Part shown: positions 58,960 through 64,000 of the stretch, one piece after another
How the letters are laid out: every line of letters starts with the position of its first letter
Position numbering within the stretch: the stretch's first letter is position 1
Origin: Macrostomum lignano
Lineage: Eukaryota
Direction of reading: 5' to 3'
DNA: 64,000 nucleotides
Assembly: GCA_002269645.1 (NCBI GenBank)
Contig: NIVC01001321.1
Location: forward strand, 28,858 to 92,857
Made by a program: the position numbers and the translations under genes
Notes under the pieces: model-generated
Databases searched by the model: none
What the model was told of the DNA's origin: nothing
The model's input: the letters and a program-made list of their open reading frames with translations, nothing else

Positions 58960-59412
58960 ACCATCTGACACAATCAAAGCTACCATCTGACACAATCAAA
59001 GCTACCATCTGACACAATCAAAACTACCATCTGACACAATCAAAGCTACCATCTGACACAATCAAAGCTACTATCTGACACAATCAAAGCTACCATCTGA
59101 CACAATCAAAGCTACCATCTGACACAATCAAAGCTAACATCTGACATAATCAAAGCTACTATTTGACACAATCAAAACTACCATCTGACACAATCAAAGC
59201 TACCATCTGACACAATCAAAGCTACCATCTGACACAATCAAAGCTACCATCTGACACAATCAAAGCTACCTTCTGACACAATCAAAGCTACTATCTGACA
59301 CAATCAAAGCTACCATCTGACACAATCAAAGCTACCTTCTGACACAATCAAAGCTACCTTCTGACACAATCAAAGCTACTATCTGACACAATCAAAGCTA
59401 CCATCTGACACA
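58960..59412. repeat. 22-bp minisatellite ACCATCTGACACAATCAAAGCT
   Basis: About 20 units. Confidence 0.97.
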
Positions 59413-59740
59413 ATTGTCAGATTGCACAACTGGGCAAAAAGGGCAAAAAATTACCAAAATCCGATTAGCGTAAGAAGCAGAAATCTGCGGCCTCACTCTG
59501 CAGTGATCGTCAATAATTTAGCAGGACATTCGGCAGTCGCAAGCGGGCAGCGCAGACGCCAAGCAGATGTCAAAAATTGCCAACCGGGGCTGAAGCGGAA
59601 TTGGCAGCAGCGGATTGTGTCATGCCAGCGACTGCAGCACAATGGAGCCACTTTATGCCTTGAGTCCTGGCCTCTGCCCTGCAATCCGCTTCCCCAATAC
59701 AGTTATTAATTTTTGCTCTCGAGCACGTCGGAGTCCTCAC

Positions 59741-59748
59741 TGACGTCA
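59741..59748. promoter_or_regulatory. Perfect CRE palindrome TGACGTCA upstream of the His-rich TM gene
   Basis: Sequence match only, in unique non-repetitive DNA; function untested. Confidence 0.25.
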
Positions 59749-60811
59749 ATGCAGCAGAAGCAGCAGGGGAGCTTGCTATTCAACTGCTTTGTTCAGGCTG
59801 GCTGAGAGCTCAGCAGGCTGAGATGTAGATCGGGAGAGACAAAGCTGGGAAGTGGCTGCTAAATTTGGAACAGGCTGGGGTGGGCGTCTGAAGCTCTTTT
59901 GTTATTATTTCCCGAGAGAGAGGCCCTGATTGAAAGCCTCTCAAAGCAGCTTGTCTGTCTGTCTGCCGCTGTTGCAGAAACTGCTTTTAGCAGAGGCCTG
60001 CCTGCTCGATTGGCTGGAGAGGAGGTGTCGCTAGCTAGGAGTAAAGTCACGTCTTATCCGCCTAGGGAGCTGCACACGCGCCAGCCAGCCAAGCTCAGCT
60101 GCTCTGCTTCCTTTCTTGTCCTCCTCCTCGCCTTGAGAACCGCCGGGCCGCCCTCTCCCTGCCGATTCAGCCACCCCCCGCCCCGAGTTAATAATAGCAA
60201 CTACATGAACTGCGGCCGCTGGGCCCCGCGTGCTGCCCAGGGGGAGGGGGTGGGGGATTTGCGTGAGTGCGCGGCTGAGCAGGCGGACTAAGAGGCTTGG
60301 AAAGGGAAGCCGAGGAAGGGGCAGAAATAACTGCCTGAGGACTGTAGGCAGGGAGAGGGGAGTCAGTGGGTTTGAGAGCGGGACAGAGGGAGAAATACAG
60401 TGCCGAAAATCCCCATGCTGTCTGTACCAGACCGGTCGGGCCTGGGCAGAGTGGTCCGGATTGAAAATTGGATATTGGTCCCGTGGCTCACAAGCCCGTG
60501 TGGGCTCACTCCGAGTGTAGGCTCAAGCGCGATATTAGAGACGCGGAGATTGAAGTACGCTTCGGCACACTTCTCAAGTCACTCTTTGCTACCCCCGCCT
60601 CCTCATCCACTCTGGAGGTGAATTGATGCAGATAGATCGATAAAAGCCGATATGTATGTGTGTATGCCATATGCAGCATGCATTGGGTGCGAAGAACTCA
60701 AGCTCTCGTGGCTGGCGTGAAATTCGTGCCAGAAAATATTTATGGTCCTCGCCAGAGTGACCGCGGCGATGAGTTTATCTGGCCATATATCTTGCAGCGC
60801 TGCTGGGCCAG

Positions 60812-61335
60812 CCTCCCAGATCCTCAGTTGCTGAGCCAGCCTCACAGATCCTCAGTTGCTGAGCCAGCCTCCCAGATCCTCAGTTGCTGAGCCAGCCTCC
60901 CAGATCCCCAGTTGCTGGGCCTCCCAGATCCAGTTGCTGGGCCAGCCTTCCAGATCCCCAGTTGCTGGGCCAGCATCCCAGATCCTCGGTTGCTGGGCCT
61001 CCCAGATCCCCAGTTGCTGGGCCAGCCTCCCAGATCCCCAGTTGCTGGGCCAGCCTCCCAGATCCTCAGTTGCTGGGCCAGCCTCCCAGATCCTCAGTTG
61101 CTGGGCCAGCCTCCCAGATCCCCAGTTGCTGGGCCAGCCTCCCAGATCCTCAGTTGCTGAGCCAGCCTCACAGATCCTCAGTTGCTGGGTCAGCCTTCCA
61201 GATCCCCAGTTGCTGGGCCAGCCTCCCAGATCCCCAGTTGCTGGGCCAGCCTCCCAGATCCCCAGTTGCTGGGCCAGCCTCCCAGATCCCCAGTTTCTGG
61301 GCCAGCCTCCCAGATCCCCAGTTGCTGGGTCAGCC
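60812..61335. repeat. 28-bp minisatellite GCTGGGCCAGCCTCCCAGATCCYCAGTT
   Basis: About 18 units. Confidence 0.96.
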
Positions 61336-62113
61336 TCCCTTGTCAGCAATGTTTACATTGCACAGTCAGCTAAGAATTTGCATTTTGCAGCAGTAGCTTC
61401 GGTCCTGCCCATAGACAATAGACGGAGAAGGCAAGCAAGTTGAAAGTTCGGCCATAGACATCACAGTAAAATAAGGATGCCACCAGACAAGGAATTCTAA
61501 ATCTATACTGTATTTGCTAGATTTAGAATTCCTTGCATCAGAGCATACTGGAACCCAGTCAGACCGAATAATTAAATAAATGACACAGCAAAAAGTTCCA
61601 GAAATATTTTCTCTGTCATGAAAACTGTGACGGACTCCAAATTATTTGTGCAGGGCAGCCCTGCCAGCCAAGACGCAGGTGTGACAATCGCGCGCCTGTA
61701 ATTATAACCCAGATTGCATACATATTATTACAGTTCTGAGCAACTCTTTAATGTTAAATCGACTGAAAATGCAGGTGAAATAATTAATTAATTGATAAGG
61801 ACACACAATTCAAAGCAGGTCGTCAATCAACAGCAAACCAAAGAACATTTCGCAGACAAAAAAACGTGTCCTATAAAACACCGACACACTACTCAGCGGA
61901 ATAAGTAGTTAAAACGCGTTTTCTATATGAACCCCCAATGATTACTGAATATATAAAATTTAAAAGCCAGCCGAATCCAGCTAGCAGAGAAAACCGCGGG
62001 CCCAAGCTGGCGGTGCTAAATGCACAGAGTGCGAATAAATCCAGCCGCAGTTTGTACAAGTAGTAGCAGTAGTATGTATTGAGTATATGCTACTTCACTC
62101 CTGGCCTGCTAGC

Positions 62114-64000
62114 TTAGTTGTCGCCGCCGCCGGAGAAGCGGCCTCGCTTGGCTGGTGGGCCGCCGCGGCCGCCGCCACCGCGTCCTCGGCCGCCGCCGCG
62201 ACCTCCGCGGCCTCCGCGACCGCCGCGACCGCCGCCGCGACCGCCGCCACCGCCGCGGTTGGCGCGGGACTCGTACTGCTGCTGACGGGCCTGGAACACC
62301 AGGGTCCACAGCCTGTCCTCCTCCTCGCCAGTTGGCACCGTGCCAGTCAGCTCGGCCTCGCGAAATTTCACCGAGCCGCCTTTGGCTTCGCACAGCTTTG
62401 CCCAGGCCGGGGCGGCTGAGTTCTCCTCCTTGAATCTGCGGAGTGCGGGCAATTCTGGGGAGTCTGATGGGCGATTCTCGGGTCTGATGGGCGATTCCGG
62501 GGAGTCTGATGGGCGATTCTGGGGTCTGATGGGCGATTCTGGGGAGTCTGATGGGCGATTCTGGGGTCTGATGGGCGATTCTGGGGTCTGATGGGCGATT
62601 CTGGGGTCTGATGGGCGATTCTGGGGTCTGATGGCCGTTTCTGGGGAGTCTGATGGGCGATTCTCGGGTCTGATGGGCGATTCCGGGGAGTCTGATGGGC
62701 GATTCTGGGGTCTGATGGGCGATTCTGGGGTCTGATGGGCGATTCTGGGGTCTGATGGGCGATTCTGGGGTCTCATGGGCGATTCTGGGGTCTGATGGGC
62801 GATTCTGGGGAATCTGATGGGCGATTCTCGGGTCTGATGGGCGATTCCGGGGAGTCTGATGGGCGATTCTGGGGTCTGATGGGCGATTCTGGGGTCTGAT
62901 GGGCGATTCTGGGGTCTGATGGGCGATTCTGGAGAGTCTGATGGGCGATTCTGGGGTCTGATGGGCGATTCTGGGGAGTCTGATGGGCGATTCTGGGGAG
63001 TGTGATGGCCGATTCTGGGGTCTGATGGGCGATTCTGGGGTCTGATGGGCGATTCTGGGGTCTGATGGGCGATTCTGGGGTCCGATGGGCGATTCTGGGG
63101 TCCGATGGGCGATTCTGGGGAGTCTGATGGGCGATTCTGGGGTCTGATGGGCGATTCTGGGGTCTGATGGGCGATTCTGGGGTCTGATGGGCGATTCTGG
63201 GGAGTCTGATGGGCGATTTCTGGGGTCTGATGGGCGATTCTGGGGTCTGATGGGCGATTCTGGGGTCTGATGGGCGATTCTGGGGTCTGATGGGCGATTC
63301 TGGGGAGTCTGATGGGCGATTCTGGGGTCTGATGGGCGATTCTGGGGTCTGATGGCCGATTCTGGGGTCTGATGGGCGATTCTGGGGTCTGATGGCCGTT
63401 TCTGGGGAGTCTGATGGGCGATTATGGGGTCTGATGGCCGATTCTGGGGAGTCTGACGGGCGATTCTGGGGAGTCTGACGGGCGATTCTGGGGAGTCTGA
63501 TGGGAGATTCTGGGGTCTGATGGCCGTTTCTGGGGAGTCTGACGGGCGATTCTGGGGAGTCTGATGGGCGATTCCGGGGAGTCTGATGGGCGATTCTGGG
63601 GTCTGATGGGCGATTCTGGGGAGTCTGATGGGCGATTCTGGGGTCTGATGGGCGATTCTGGGGTCTGATGGCCGTTTCTGGGGAGTCTGATGGGCGATTC
63701 TGGGGTCTGATGGCCGTTTCTGGGGAGTCTGATGGACGATTCTGGGGTCTGATGGCCGATTCTGGGGAGTCTGACGGGCGATTCTGGGGAGTCTGACGGG
63801 CGATTCTGGGGAGTCTGACGGGCGATTCTGGGGAGTCTGATGGGCGATTCTGGGGCCTGATGGCCGATTCTGGGGTCTGATGGCCGATTCTGGGGAGTCT
63901 GACGGGCGATTCCAGAGCACACCAAGATCAATAAGAATTACCTGGCATAGAGGACTGACTCGTAGAAGTCCAGATAAAAGTCCTTGCCAAAGGCGTCGCC
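62114..64000 (-). CDS. SSB: 3' part of a La/SSB-like RNA-binding protein (C-terminal RRM, RGG tail, NLS); exons >64000-63942 and 62435-62114
   Basis: ...GKDFYLDFYESVLYAR|FKEENSAAPAWAKLCEAKGGSVKFREAELTGTVPTGEEEDRLWTLV resembles La RRM2; RGG repeats; PPAKRGRF; phase-2 intron AG|GTAATT...CCGCAG|A. Could be another LARP family member. Confidence 0.55.
62455..63912. repeat. 20/23-bp minisatellite GGGCGATTCTGGG(GA)GTCTGAT filling the La-like intron
   Basis: About 68 units. Confidence 0.98.

Noticed and set aside
60440-60530. Possible tRNA-Ser/Leu-like remnant (TGGGCAGAGTGGTC ... TTGAAA ... GGGCTCACTCC)
   Set aside because: B-box and stems are too degenerate to support a call.
62109-63931. 603-aa Pro/Arg-rich ORF running into the RGG region
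   Set aside because: Reads through the repeat-filled intron; the spliced La-like model with canonical sites explains the unique part.

Overview
Eukaryotic (metazoan) genomic DNA with GC-rich exons separated by introns and spacers filled with tandem repeats. The style suggests a free-living flatworm such as Macrostomum lignano; this is inference only. Genes reconstructed by hand from ORFs, GT-AG sites and phase checks: two convergent GALNT10-like polypeptide GalNAc-transferases (1360-6923 +, 9869-13958 -; three single-base frameshifts in total), QTRT2 (18981-21131 -), an intronless 1546-aa EGFR-family kinase (23891-28531 -), a divergent TGF-beta/activin type I receptor whose first exon was not found (38338-42509 -), an AT-rich Cys-rich secreted-protein gene with short introns (44.4-46.4 kb -), an STXBP4/Synip-like PDZ-EF-coiled-coil-WW gene (50524-54129 +), a His-rich single-pass membrane protein (57209-58796 -) and the 3' end of a La/SSB-like gene (62114-64000 -). 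There are also a Tc1/mariner deletion derivative, several MITEs, a tRNA-like remnant and over 30 different tandem arrays. All 16 introns of the GC-rich genes carry their own tandem repeat, and several repeat units contain splice signals or E-boxes. In one intron the last repeat unit supplies the real 3' splice site, while the roughly 28 upstream copies would each give an immediate stop codon. Most long ORFs in the supplied track are repeat artefacts.
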